A stretch of DNA of 64,000 bases from an uncultured Gemmatimonadaceae bacterium (GTDB lineage Bacteria; Gemmatimonadota; Gemmatimonadetes; Gemmatimonadales; Gemmatimonadaceae): the NCBI GenBank assembly GCA_963761305.1, contig CAVXGK010000002.1:576001-640000 (forward strand). The letters run 5' to 3'. Shown here piece after piece: positions 9,181-18,501 of the stretch (positions are counted from its first letter, which is position 1; each line of letters starts with the position of its first letter). The notes under the pieces were generated by a model. That model worked only from the letters and a program-made list of their open reading frames with translations. It had not been told where the DNA came from and made no database searches. The translations under genes and the position numbers were made by a program.

Positions 9181-9263
9181 TCCCGAGGTACAGTCTCGAT
9201 ACACGTGGCCAGGGGCACTCCGCGTACCTGACTGGCTAGTTTTGGCCGCATGACCGACGTCGT
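9181..9263 (+). repeat. Duplicate of the promoter and first codons of the M20 gene (copy of 13378-13459)
   Basis: 9225-9263 matches 13421-13459 at 38/39; CAGTCTCGATAC (9191/13389) and TCCCGA (9181/13378) are also shared. Confidence 0.9.
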
Positions 9264-9400
9264 GGGCCGTTGTAACGAGCAGCGCGACGGCCTCGATCAC
9301 GCCGGACCTCAATGGCCTTCTCGAGGCGCCTCTCTTCCTCACGTCTCGCGCCGAATGCCCGACGACGCGGCGCCCGGCCGAGTGTGCAAACAGACTTCCC

Positions 9401-12142
9401 CTATTCTAGCCGCAACGCCTCGAGCGGCCCGACCTTCGCCGCTCGTCGTGCCGGCAAATAGCTCGCGACGACGGCCGTCGCCACGAGCACGACGATCGCG
9501 ATGGTGAGCGACGGCGCGTCGATCGCGCCCACACCGAACAGCTGCGCGTGAATCAGCCGCGTTGCCGCGAGCCCCGCCGGCACGCCTACCACAATTCCGA
9601 TAGCGGCCACCCGCGCCGCCTCACCGAGCACCATCCTCGTGACGTCGCCGGGCTCGGCCCCGAGCGCGGCGCGCAATCCGAACTCACTGGTCCGCTGGCC
9701 GACCGAATACGCCGTGACCCCGTACAGACCGAGTGCCGCGAGCACCAAAGTGACGACGCAGAAGAACATGGTCATCTGCACGAGCAGCACGTCTTGCGAC
9801 ACGGTGCCGCGAACGAGGTCGTTCACCGGGTTGACAAGGATCGGCAGCGTGCGGTCGACGTCTTCGATCGCGCGGCGAATCGGTTCCACATAGCGCGCCG
9901 GATCTCCGCGCACGTGCACCGCGAGTTTGGCCTGCCCCCCGTTGCCCGTGGCTGGATTGTTGAACACGATGTACATCTCGCGCCGCGGGTTGCCGCGTAC
10001 ATTGCTACTCTGAAAATCCCGCACGACCCCGACGATCGTGTAGTACAGGGTGTCGCGCAGCGTCACCGTACCGCCGAGCGGATCGCGAGCACCGAAATAC
10101 TGCTTCGCCATCGTTTCGTTGATCACCACAGCGGGGGGCCCAGTCTCGAGATCGCGCGACACGATGTCGCGGCCGCGAATCAAGCGCGCGCCGATGGCGT
10201 GGAAAAAGTTCGGGCCGACCTGATCGAGTGACACGACGCGCTGGGAATCCGCTTGCGGAACAAAGCCCGATACATCGACGCGACCGCCGGCAAAGCCCCC
10301 GCTGAACAATCCGTGATCGGCGAACGCGGCCGCATCCACGCCCGGTACGCCGCCGATGCGGTCCGCGAGGTCGCGCCGGAATTGAGCGAGGCGGGCGCCG
10401 ACGTATGGCGAACGCGCTGTCGGCACGCGCACGGCGACCACGTGCTCGCGATCCGCTCCGATGTCACCATGCAGGAGCTGTTGCATGCTGCGCACGAGCA
10501 ACCCGCCGCCGATGAGGAGGAGCATCGACAACCCAATCTGCGCCACGACGAGTATGCGTCCGAACGGAATGCGACCGACTCGCGCCGCGCCCATGAGGTT
10601 GCGGCCCTGCGAGCGCAGCGACGTCGCGAGATCGACACGCGTCGCGCGGAAGGCAGGCAACACGCCGAACAGCAGCACGCACGCCAACGTAAGCGCCGCC
10701 GTGAACGCGAGCACCCGCGCATCGAGCATCGTGTCGACGGCGACCGGGCTTGAACCGCCAACGGTCGCGAGTAACGCCCGGGCCCCCCACATTGCCGCGA
10801 TGAGCCCGAGCACGCTCGACACGATCGCCAGCACCGCACCCTCGACAAGCATTTGCTGAATCAGCCGGTTGCGACCGGCACCGAGCGTCATGCGCACCGT
10901 CATCTCGCGGGTGCGAGCGACGGCGCGCGAGAGCATGAGGCTCGAGACGTTCGCGCAGACGACGAGAATAACCAAACCAACCGCCGCCATCATCACCCAC
11001 AACGCCTTCGCATACTCGGCGCGCCGCTCGGAGAACCCTCGGGCACCCGACACGACGTGAATGGGGTTCACTTTGAGGCCATCATCGAACTGCGACAGCG
11101 CCGGGCCGGAGAGGTTGTCGCGAATCGCATTCGCCTCGACGGCGCTCACCTGTTGACGCGCCTGCTCGAGCGTGACGCCCGGCTTCATTCGGCCCATCAT
11201 CACGACCCACGACCACGCGCGGTCGTCCAGCAAATCCATTTTCGGCTGAATCGCGGGGTCCATCATCATCGGGAGCCAGAAGTCGAGCGGCTGGCCGACG
11301 ATGTCGCCGCCGAACCCAGGCGGCGTGACACCGACGATCGTCACCGAAACGTCGTTCACGCGCATGACGGTGCCGATCGCGGCGGGCGAGCCCGAGAAGC
11401 GGCGCTGCCAGTAGTCGTAGGTCAGGACCGCCACGGGGTCTTGCCCCGGCGTCTGGTCTTCGGCCGCCGTGAAAGTGCGGCCGGTAAATGCGGGCACACC
11501 GAGCACGGAAAAGAAATTGCCGGTCACGAATCGCGCGTGTGGCTGTTCGGCGGTTGCGCCGGCCCCCGACCCAATCTGCACGTCGATCGTACCGGACCAT
11601 CCGGTCGCGTACATGTCGGTGAACACCGTGTTGCGGGCGCGCACGTCCTCGTAGAGCAGGAACGAGACGTAGTCGGTGAGCGGAGCGCCGTCGGTGTTCG
11701 TGTTCACCTGAGCGGGATCGCTCACGATCACAAGTTGCTCGGGATGCGACACCGGAAGCGGGCGCAAGAGCAGCGCGTCAACGAGTGTGAAGATCGCCGC
11801 ATTCGCGCCGATGCCGAGGGCGAGCGTGGCGATGACCGTGAGCGTAAACACGGGGCGGCTCTTGAGCGATCGAATCGCATACTGCAGGTCGCGCACGATC
11901 GACTCGAGCCGCGCCGTCCCCCGCGTGTCGCGGCTCGCCTCCTTCATCTGCTCGACGCCACCGAACGCGATGCGCGCGGCCCGTCGCGCCTCGTCGAACG
12001 ACAGGCCGCGCCGGATATTGCGCTCTGTTTCCCGCTCCAAGTGAAACTGCATCTCCTTCGACATGTCGCGTTCGAAGCGGTCGCGACGAAAGATCGCGCG
12101 CAGCCACATTCGCACCGCGGTCAGCGAGGACACGAGGGACAT
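9401..12142 (-). CDS. ADOP-family duplicated MacB/FtsX ABC transporter permease
   Basis: Permease-prefix domain (EMQFHLE...ARIAFGGVEQMKE), LALGIGANAAIF, two MacB-PCD/FtsX halves, terminal PARRAAKVGPLEALRLE. Confidence 0.95.
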   Translation of the reverse strand: MSLVSSLTAVRMWLRAIFRRDRFERDMSKEMQFHLERETERNIRRGLSFDEARRAARIAFGGVEQMKEASRDTRGTARLESIVRDLQYAIRSLKSRPVFTLTVIATLALGIGANAAIFTLVDALLLRPLPVSHPEQLVIVSDPAQVNTNTDGAPLTDYVSFLLYEDVRARNTVFTDMYATGWSGTIDVQIGSGAGATAEQPHARFVTGNFFSVLGVPAFTGRTFTAAEDQTPGQDPVAVLTYDYWQRRFSGSPAAIGTVMRVNDVSVTIVGVTPPGFGGDIVGQPLDFWLPMMMDPAIQPKMDLLDDRAWSWVVMMGRMKPGVTLEQARQQVSAVEANAIRDNLSGPALSQFDDGLKVNPIHVVSGARGFSERRAEYAKALWVMMAAVGLVILVVCANVSSLMLSRAVARTREMTVRMTLGAGRNRLIQQMLVEGAVLAIVSSVLGLIAAMWGARALLATVGGSSPVAVDTMLDARVLAFTAALTLACVLLFGVLPAFRATRVDLATSLRSQGRNLMGAARVGRIPFGRILVVAQIGLSMLLLIGGGLLVRSMQQLLHGDIGADREHVVAVRVPTARSPYVGARLAQFRRDLADRIGGVPGVDAAAFADHGLFSGGFAGGRVDVSGFVPQADSQRVVSLDQVGPNFFHAIGARLIRGRDIVSRDLETGPPAVVINETMAKQYFGARDPLGGTVTLRDTLYYTIVGVVRDFQSSNVRGNPRREMYIVFNNPATGNGGQAKLAVHVRGDPARYVEPIRRAIEDVDRTLPILVNPVNDLVRGTVSQDVLLVQMTMFFCVVTLVLAALGLYGVTAYSVGQRTSEFGLRAALGAEPGDVTRMVLGEAARVAAIGIVVGVPAGLAATRLIHAQLFGVGAIDAPSLTIAIVVLVATAVVASYLPARRAAKVGPLEALRLE

Positions 12143-12145
12143 CGG

Positions 12146-12478
12146 TCAGCCCTCGGCAATGAGGACGAAATCCACCGCATCCACGAAGCGGCGCCACTCG
12201 CGCTGCTCCGTACCGAGGGCCCGGCGGCCCGCGGCGGTGAGTTGGTAGTACTTTGCTTCCCGATTGTTTTCGGTCGTCGACCACGCGCTTTTGACGAATC
12301 CCTTGCGCTCGAGCCGGTACAACGCGGGATAGAGCGAGCCTTGGCCAATCCGCAGGACGTCGCGGGACAGTTGCTGGATGCGCTGGCTAATGCCCCATCC
12401 GTGCATGGGCGCAAGCGCCAGCGCTTTCAACACCAGCAGGTCGAGCGTCCCTTGGAGAACATCGGACGAGTCGGCCAC
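12146..12478 (-). CDS. PadR-family transcriptional regulator (acidobacterial type)
   Basis: GTG start; LQGTLDLLVLK, HGWGI, QGSLYPALYRLE, AKYYQLTAAGRR; directly upstream of the ADOP gene. Confidence 0.95.
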   Translation of the reverse strand: MADSSDVLQGTLDLLVLKALALAPMHGWGISQRIQQLSRDVLRIGQGSLYPALYRLERKGFVKSAWSTTENNREAKYYQLTAAGRRALGTEQREWRRFVDAVDFVLIAEG

Positions 12479-12484
12479 AGGTAC

Positions 12485-12541
12485 TCTCTTGTCGAATGGA
12501 CAAGGGAGACGGTAACACACTTCTGTCGAAGCAGCAAGGGA
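12485..12541 (-). promoter_or_regulatory. padR promoter with two candidate PadR operators
   Basis: Minus strand TTGCTG-17bp-TACCGT; palindrome CTTGTC-N5-GACAAG (12488-12504) and a related box at 12524-12541 (14/18 identical to 12490-12507). Confidence 0.65.
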
Positions 12542-13226
12542 GGAAGAGACACGCGGTCCCGCCGCTCACTCCTACACTGACGTTCGGTGATGTGGATAAT
12601 TCCCGTACGCTCGCGGCATTCCCACGGTCGTCGGCTTCCTGGTCCCACGTATCGCCTTCGACTTCTTCGCGCCCGATCGCATCAGCCCTCACGCAACTCG
12701 CCGATGATCGATTTCACTTCGCGACGGATCGACGACACTTCGTCACTGCTCCAAATCAATCCGTGATCACGCGAAGTCAGATCGCCTGCGCCTGGCGTGC
12801 GCGCCACACGGCGCGATGCCAGTCGGCCACGCCTCGCTTTTTTGTCATCACGACCTGCGGTCAGTCGTCGACGGGTCGCGTAGAGTCGCCGAGCGACCGC
12901 GGTCCGACGCCGCACGACCGAACTCCGCTCTCGACGGAACGCATTCCGTCGTCGCCGGACCGCGATCAGGCCGTCGCCTCCTGCGGAGAATTCACATTTC
13001 CACACCCGACGCAGGCGGCGGTCGACGTGGCGTCGACGACGCCCTCCTCGACGTGAGCAACGACCGCTCAAACGCGCGCGACGGAACGCCGATCGACCGC
13101 TCACGACCGAACGACGCGACCTCGTGACCGTGCCGCGAGACCTCCATCCGGGATCGCGCCCGCTCCGCCCGGACCGAAGTCGTCTCCAGACCGAGTTCCG
13201 CCCCTCGAGTGTTGCGGGAACGCAGC

Positions 13227-13371
13227 AAAGGACCGAGCTCCGTGATCGAACCTCCGAGCTCCGTCGTCGAACGACCGAGCTCCGTCGTCGAACGAACGAA
13301 CTCCGTCGTCAAAGGACCGAAGTCCGTCGTCGAACGAACGAACTCCGTCGTCAAAGGACCGCTCCGTTGTC
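13227..13371. repeat. 21-bp tandem repeat, about 7 copies
   Basis: Units such as GAACGAACGAACTCCGTCGTC and AAAGGACCGAAGTCCGTCGTC, head to tail with no spacers. Confidence 0.95.
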
Positions 13372-13445
13372 GATCCCTCCCGATGTGTCAGTCTCGATAC
13401 GCGCGCCCGACGCGCTCGATTACCTGACTGGCTAGTTTTTGCCGC

Positions 13446-14441
13446 ATGACCGACGTCGTTTCGCTGGCTGCCGAACTCCTCGCATTGGACTCCTCCACGG
13501 GCGCCGAAAGCAGCGCGGTGGATTTCGTCTCGAAATGGCTCGTGGCGCGCGGTTGGAACGTCACCCTTCAGGAAGTGACAAAGGACCGCGCCAACGTCTG
13601 GGCGTCGCGCAAAGGGCGCGGCGTCACGTTCTCGACGCACCTCGACACCGTTCTTCCATACATCGCGCCGCGCCGCGACGGCGATCAGCTCATGGGCCGC
13701 GGGGCGTGCGACGCCAAGGGCATCGCCGCGGCGATGCTCGCTGCCGCCGATGAGCTCGCGGCCGACGGTGAAGAACGCGTTGACCTGCTCTTTGTCGTCG
13801 GCGAAGAGAAGGGCTCCGACGGCGCGCGCGCGGCGAACCATCTCGCCGCGACGAGCAAGTTCCTCGTCAACGGCGAGCCGACCGAGAGCAAGCTGGCGAG
13901 CGGCGCCAAGGGCTCTCTGCGCGTCACCGTGCGCACGCACGGCCGCGCCGCTCACTCGGCGTACCCGCACCTGGGCGAGTCGGCCATCACACCCATGCTC
14001 ACGCTGCTGCCGACGCTCGACCAGCTCGACCTGCCGCACGACGACGTGCTCGGCGACACGACGTACAACGTCGGCACGCTGCGCGGCGGCACGGCGGCCA
14101 ACATCATTCCGTCCGCGGCGGAAGCCGAGATCATGTTTCGACTGGTCGGTGACGTCGCGCCCATCCGGAAGCAGATCGAAAAGTGGGCGAAAGGGCGTGC
14201 CGAGCTCGAGTTCGGATCGCACATTCCGGCGCAGCATTTCCACACGATCCCCGGCTTCGAAGTTGCACCTGTCGCTTATACGTCGGATATCCCGCTGCTG
14301 TCGCGTTGGGGCACGCCGTTGCTCTTTGGTCCCGGCTCGATCCACGTCGCGCACACGCCCGGAGAGTTCATCAGCGTGCGTGAGCTCAAGGCGGCGGTGG
14401 GTTCATATAAGAAGATCGTGAAGACTCTGCTCGCGTCGTGA
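13446..14441 (+). CDS. M20 metallopeptidase (ArgE/DapE family), probable succinyl-diaminopimelate desuccinylase by context
   Basis: THLDTV, GRGACDAKG, GEE, GEPT and GPG...AH metal-binding motifs; first gene of the dap operon. Confidence 0.85.
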   Translation: MTDVVSLAAELLALDSSTGAESSAVDFVSKWLVARGWNVTLQEVTKDRANVWASRKGRGVTFSTHLDTVLPYIAPRRDGDQLMGRGACDAKGIAAAMLAAADELAADGEERVDLLFVVGEEKGSDGARAANHLAATSKFLVNGEPTESKLASGAKGSLRVTVRTHGRAAHSAYPHLGESAITPMLTLLPTLDQLDLPHDDVLGDTTYNVGTLRGGTAANIIPSAAEAEIMFRLVGDVAPIRKQIEKWAKGRAELEFGSHIPAQHFHTIPGFEVAPVAYTSDIPLLSRWGTPLLFGPGSIHVAHTPGEFISVRELKAAVGSYKKIVKTLLAS

Positions 14442-14445
14442 GCCC

Positions 14446-15534
14446 ATGACCACGACCTCGCCCTCGACCAGCCCACCGACGCGCCGACGCGTCGCCATTC
14501 TCGGTGCCACAGGCGCCGTCGGCCAGGCGTTCATCCGCTTGCTGGTCGGCCATCCGTGGTTCGAGATCGTTTCGCTCGCCGCGTCCGAGCGGTCGGCGGG
14601 GAAACCGTATCGCGAGGCTGCGCGGTGGGTGGGCGCGGGCGACATGCCGCCGTTCGTCGCCGACATGATCGTGCAGCCGTGCGATCCGGACAAAGTCGAC
14701 GCCGACGTCATCTTTTCGGCGCTTGACTCGGCCGCCGCCGGCGACGCCGAACCGGCGTTCGCCCGCGCGGGACGCACCGTGCTGACGAACGCGAAGAACT
14801 ACCGGATGGACCCCGACGTTCCGCTCGTCATCGCCGAAGTGAATCCCGATCACCTGAGCGTGCTCGAGGCGCAGCGACGCGGCCGCAAATGGCCTGGCGC
14901 GATCGTCGCCAACGGCAACTGTTCGGCGATCGTGACGACGCTCCCGGTCGCGCCGATTCACAAGACGTTCGGCATCGAACGCATGATCGTGACCACGATG
15001 CAGGCCGTCTCCGGCGCGGGCTATCCCGGCGTGCCGTCGCTCGACATCATCGGCAACGTGATTCCGTTCATCGCCGACGAAGAGCCCAAGATCGAGGCCG
15101 AGGTGCGCAAGTTCCTCGGCTCGGCGGAGTCGTCGTCGATCAAGAGCGCGTCGTTCGCGGTGAGCGCGCACGCCAACCGCGTTCCGGTGGAGCATGGCCA
15201 CACGGTGTGCATCTCGGCGGCGCTCAAGAAGCGCGCGTCGGCCGACGACGTCACTCAGGCGATCGCCGAATGGCGCGGCGCGGAGGAAGCGCGGAACCTG
15301 CCGAGCTCGCCGGAGCGACCGATCGTCGTGACCGACCAACCGGATCGTCCGCAGCCGCGACGTCAGGTCGACGCCGGCGGTGGCATGACGGTCGTCGTCG
15401 GGCGTGTGCGGCCCGATCCGGTGTTCGACATAAAGCTGGTGGCGATGGGACATAACGTGATTCGCGGCGCGGCCGGCGCGTCGGTGCTGAACGCCGAGTT
15501 GATGGCGCGCTGCGGACTGCTCGCCGGCTCGTGA
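14446..15534 (+). CDS. asd: Aspartate-semialdehyde dehydrogenase
   Basis: GATGAVGQ, NGNCS, TMQAVSGAGYPG, GHNVIRGAAG. Confidence 0.97.
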   Translation: MTTTSPSTSPPTRRRVAILGATGAVGQAFIRLLVGHPWFEIVSLAASERSAGKPYREAARWVGAGDMPPFVADMIVQPCDPDKVDADVIFSALDSAAAGDAEPAFARAGRTVLTNAKNYRMDPDVPLVIAEVNPDHLSVLEAQRRGRKWPGAIVANGNCSAIVTTLPVAPIHKTFGIERMIVTTMQAVSGAGYPGVPSLDIIGNVIPFIADEEPKIEAEVRKFLGSAESSSIKSASFAVSAHANRVPVEHGHTVCISAALKKRASADDVTQAIAEWRGAEEARNLPSSPERPIVVTDQPDRPQPRRQVDAGGGMTVVVGRVRPDPVFDIKLVAMGHNVIRGAAGASVLNAELMARCGLLAGS

Positions 15535-16895
15535 TCGTCCTCAAGTTCGGCGGAACGTCGGTCGCCGATGCCGCGGCGGTCAGGCGGGCGTCGGGCATCG
15601 TGACCACACGACTCGATCGCGGGCCGATCGTCGTCGTCTCGGCGCTCGGCGGCGTGACCAACGCGCTCCTGGCGCTCGCCGAACAAGCGTCGCGCGGCCA
15701 CCTGCTCGGCGCGCTCGCCGCGCTCGAGGGGCTGCGCGACCGACATCTGAGCGAGGCGGAAGGGTTGCTCGACGGGTCGGCCGCGGTCGACACGTGCGAA
15801 GAGTTGAGCGCGATGGTCGACGAGCTCGCGCATCTCGCCGAGGCGCTGTCGACGCTCGGCGACCTCACGCCGCGCAGCCTCGACGCGATCGCATCGTTCG
15901 GCGAGCGCATGTCGTCCGTGCTGTGCGTGGCGGCGTTCGTGCGAGATGGTCTGCCCGCGGTGCACGTCGACGCGTCTGACGTCATGATCACCGACGATTC
16001 GTACACGCGCGCCGAACCGCAGCGCGACGCGATCTCCGACGCCTGCCGCCGCGTCATTCTGCCGCTCGTGCGCGACGGCAGGGTGCCGGTGCTCGGCGGG
16101 TTCATCGGTTCGGCGGAAGGCACCAGGATCATCACGACGCTCGGCCGCGGCGGCAGCGACTACAGCGCGTCGCTGATCGGCGCGGCCGTGCGCGCCGACG
16201 CCATCGAGATCTGGACCGACGTCGACGGAATGCTGACGGCCGACCCGCGCGTCGTTCCATCGGCGCGCCTGATCGAGCAGATTGCGTTCGCCGAGGCATC
16301 GGAGCTGGCGTCGTTCGGCGCCAAGGTGCTCCACCCGAACACGATCGCGCCCGCGGTACGGCTCGGCATTCCGGTCTACGTGCTCAACTCGATGAACCCG
16401 CAGGGACACGGCACCAGGATCACCTTCGACTCGCCGCAGCGCGCCGTGAGCGCGATCGCGGGCAAGGGAGGCGTGACGCTCGTGCGCGTCGGATCGCCGC
16501 GCATGCTGCTCACGGAAGGGTTCCTGCGGTCGATCTTCGCGACGTTCGAGCGGCACAAGACGTCGGTCGACGTCGTGGCGACGTCGGAGGTGTCGGTGTC
16601 GCTCACAGTCGACGACGCGTCGCGTCTCGATTCGATCGTCTCGGATCTGCGATCGCTCGGCGACGTGTCGATCGAACGGAATCGCGGCATCGTCTCGGTG
16701 GTCGGCGGCGCGATCGCCGAAGGCGGCCGGGCGATGGCGCGCGCTCTCGAGGCGATCGGCGACGTGCGGGTCCACATGCTCTCACTCAGCGCGAGCCGCA
16801 TCAACCTCACGATGGTCGTCGACGACGAGCACGTAAAACCGGCGATGCAACGCCTCCACGCCGCGTTCTTTGACTCGCCAGAGGCCGTGGCATGA
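15531..16895 (+). CDS. lysC: Aspartate kinase (lysine-sensitive type)
   Basis: KFGGTSV, TLGRGGSDYSA, DPR, C-terminal ACT domains. Confidence 0.96.
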   Translation: MIVLKFGGTSVADAAAVRRASGIVTTRLDRGPIVVVSALGGVTNALLALAEQASRGHLLGALAALEGLRDRHLSEAEGLLDGSAAVDTCEELSAMVDELAHLAEALSTLGDLTPRSLDAIASFGERMSSVLCVAAFVRDGLPAVHVDASDVMITDDSYTRAEPQRDAISDACRRVILPLVRDGRVPVLGGFIGSAEGTRIITTLGRGGSDYSASLIGAAVRADAIEIWTDVDGMLTADPRVVPSARLIEQIAFAEASELASFGAKVLHPNTIAPAVRLGIPVYVLNSMNPQGHGTRITFDSPQRAVSAIAGKGGVTLVRVGSPRMLLTEGFLRSIFATFERHKTSVDVVATSEVSVSLTVDDASRLDSIVSDLRSLGDVSIERNRGIVSVVGGAIAEGGRAMARALEAIGDVRVHMLSLSASRINLTMVVDDEHVKPAMQRLHAAFFDSPEAVA

Positions 16896-17605
16896 GCCGC
16901 AAACTTGTCATCGTGGGCATGGGCAAGATGGGTCGTGCTATCGCCGACTTGGCGCCCGAGCGCGGCTGGACCGTCGTGGCGCGATTGGACGAACACGACA
17001 TGAACGCCGCGCCGACGCGCGAGTCGCTCGCCGGCGCCGACGTCGCCGTGGAATTCACGGTGCCCGCGGCGGCGCCGGCGAACATTCGCGCTCTGGTCGG
17101 GCTCGGCTGCCCCGTGGTCGTCGGGACGACCGGCTGGTACGACGCGTTCGATGCCGTGCGTCGCTTCGTGGCCGAGCGTCAGGGCGCGCTTCTCACCGCT
17201 CCGAACTTTTCGATCGGCGTGAACGCATTCGAGCAGATCGTGACCGAAGCGGCTCGCGTGCTGCGCGCCGCGACCGGGTTCGACGCGCTGGAAATCGAGA
17301 CGCACCACGCCACCAAGAAAGACGCGCCGTCGGGCACGGCCAAGACGCTCGCGGCCGCGGCGGAAAAGGCGTGGGGCGGCGCGATTCCGATCACGAGCGT
17401 GCGCACGGGATCAGTTCCGGGCACGCACGAGTTCATCTTCGATGCTCCGTTCGAGCAGATTCGATTGACACATACGGCGCGCGACCGGCGCGTGTTCGCC
17501 GAGGGCGCGCTCGTTGCCGCCGCGTGGCTCGTCGGCAAGCACGGTGTGTTCACCATGCGCGACGTGTTGGCGGGCGCACCGCCGGCAGCAGAGGGTTCTC
17601 AATGA
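16892..17605 (+). CDS. dapB: 4-hydroxy-tetrahydrodipicolinate reductase
   Basis: GMGKMG, VGTTGW, ETHHATKKDAPSGTA. Confidence 0.96.
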   Translation: MSRKLVIVGMGKMGRAIADLAPERGWTVVARLDEHDMNAAPTRESLAGADVAVEFTVPAAAPANIRALVGLGCPVVVGTTGWYDAFDAVRRFVAERQGALLTAPNFSIGVNAFEQIVTEAARVLRAATGFDALEIETHHATKKDAPSGTAKTLAAAAEKAWGGAIPITSVRTGSVPGTHEFIFDAPFEQIRLTHTARDRRVFAEGALVAAAWLVGKHGVFTMRDVLAGAPPAAEGSQ

Positions 17606-18501
17606 CGGACGCGAAACGACTGACCGGGTGCGGCACCGCTTTGGTGACGCCATTCAACAACGATTCGACCGTCGACGAGGGTGCGTTGCGCGCGCTCGTC
17701 GACTGGCAAATCGCCGAAGGCATTCACTTCCTCGTCCCTTGCGGCAGCACGGGCGAGGCCGCGACGATGACGATCGACGAGCATTGCCGCGTCGTCGAGC
17801 TGGTGGTGAAACAGGCGAAAGGCCGCGTGCCGATCGTCGCCGGCGCGGCGAGCAACGACACGCAGAAGGCGATTGACCTCTCCAAACGCGTGCGCGATCT
17901 CGGGGCAACGCATCTCTTGCACACGTCGCCGTGGTACAACAAGCCGCCGCAGCGTGGGATCGTCGCGCACTATGCGGCGATCGCGGCGGCGGTCGATCTG
18001 CCGATCGTCGTCTACAACGTGCCGGGACGCACGGCGAGCAACATCGAGGCGAAGACGACGCTCGAGCTGTCCCGCATTCCCGGCGTCGTCGCGACGAAAG
18101 AAGCGTCGGGGCTGCTGTCGCAGATCGCCGACGTGATCCGCGGCCGGACGCCCGAATTCTCGGTGCTCTCGGGCGACGACGAGCTCACGCTGCCCGTGAT
18201 GGCGCTCGGCGGCGACGGCATCGTGTCGGTCGTCTCGAACGCCACGCCCAAGCTCATGGCCGACCTGTGCAACCACATGTTGACCGGCGATTTCGTCGGC
18301 GCCCGCAAGATCCATATGAAACTGTTGCCGTGGATGCGCGCGGCGTTCGTCGAGTCCAATCCGATGCCGGTGAAGGCAGCGCTGGCCGCCATGGGAAAGA
18401 TCAAGAACGTGCTGCGATCCCCGCTGGTGCCGCTCGCCGATGCGCATCGTGACACAGTGCGCGCCGCGCTCTCGGCGGCGGGAGCCGAGTTCGCGTCGTG
18501 A
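17602..18501 (+). CDS. dapA: 4-hydroxy-tetrahydrodipicolinate synthase
   Basis: ATGA overlap with dapB; TALVTPF, GSTGE, YNVPGRT, KEASG. Confidence 0.97.
   Translation: MTDAKRLTGCGTALVTPFNNDSTVDEGALRALVDWQIAEGIHFLVPCGSTGEAATMTIDEHCRVVELVVKQAKGRVPIVAGAASNDTQKAIDLSKRVRDLGATHLLHTSPWYNKPPQRGIVAHYAAIAAAVDLPIVVYNVPGRTASNIEAKTTLELSRIPGVVATKEASGLLSQIADVIRGRTPEFSVLSGDDELTLPVMALGGDGIVSVVSNATPKLMADLCNHMLTGDFVGARKIHMKLLPWMRAAFVESNPMPVKAALAAMGKIKNVLRSPLVPLADAHRDTVRAALSAAGAEFAS

Noticed and set aside
13227..13371. CRISPR array
   Set aside because: The units are contiguous 21-mers with no unique spacers, and there are no cas genes in the window.
13372..13445. Lysine riboswitch upstream of the dap operon
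   Set aside because: No recognisable aptamer motifs, and a -10 box lies directly before the ATG.
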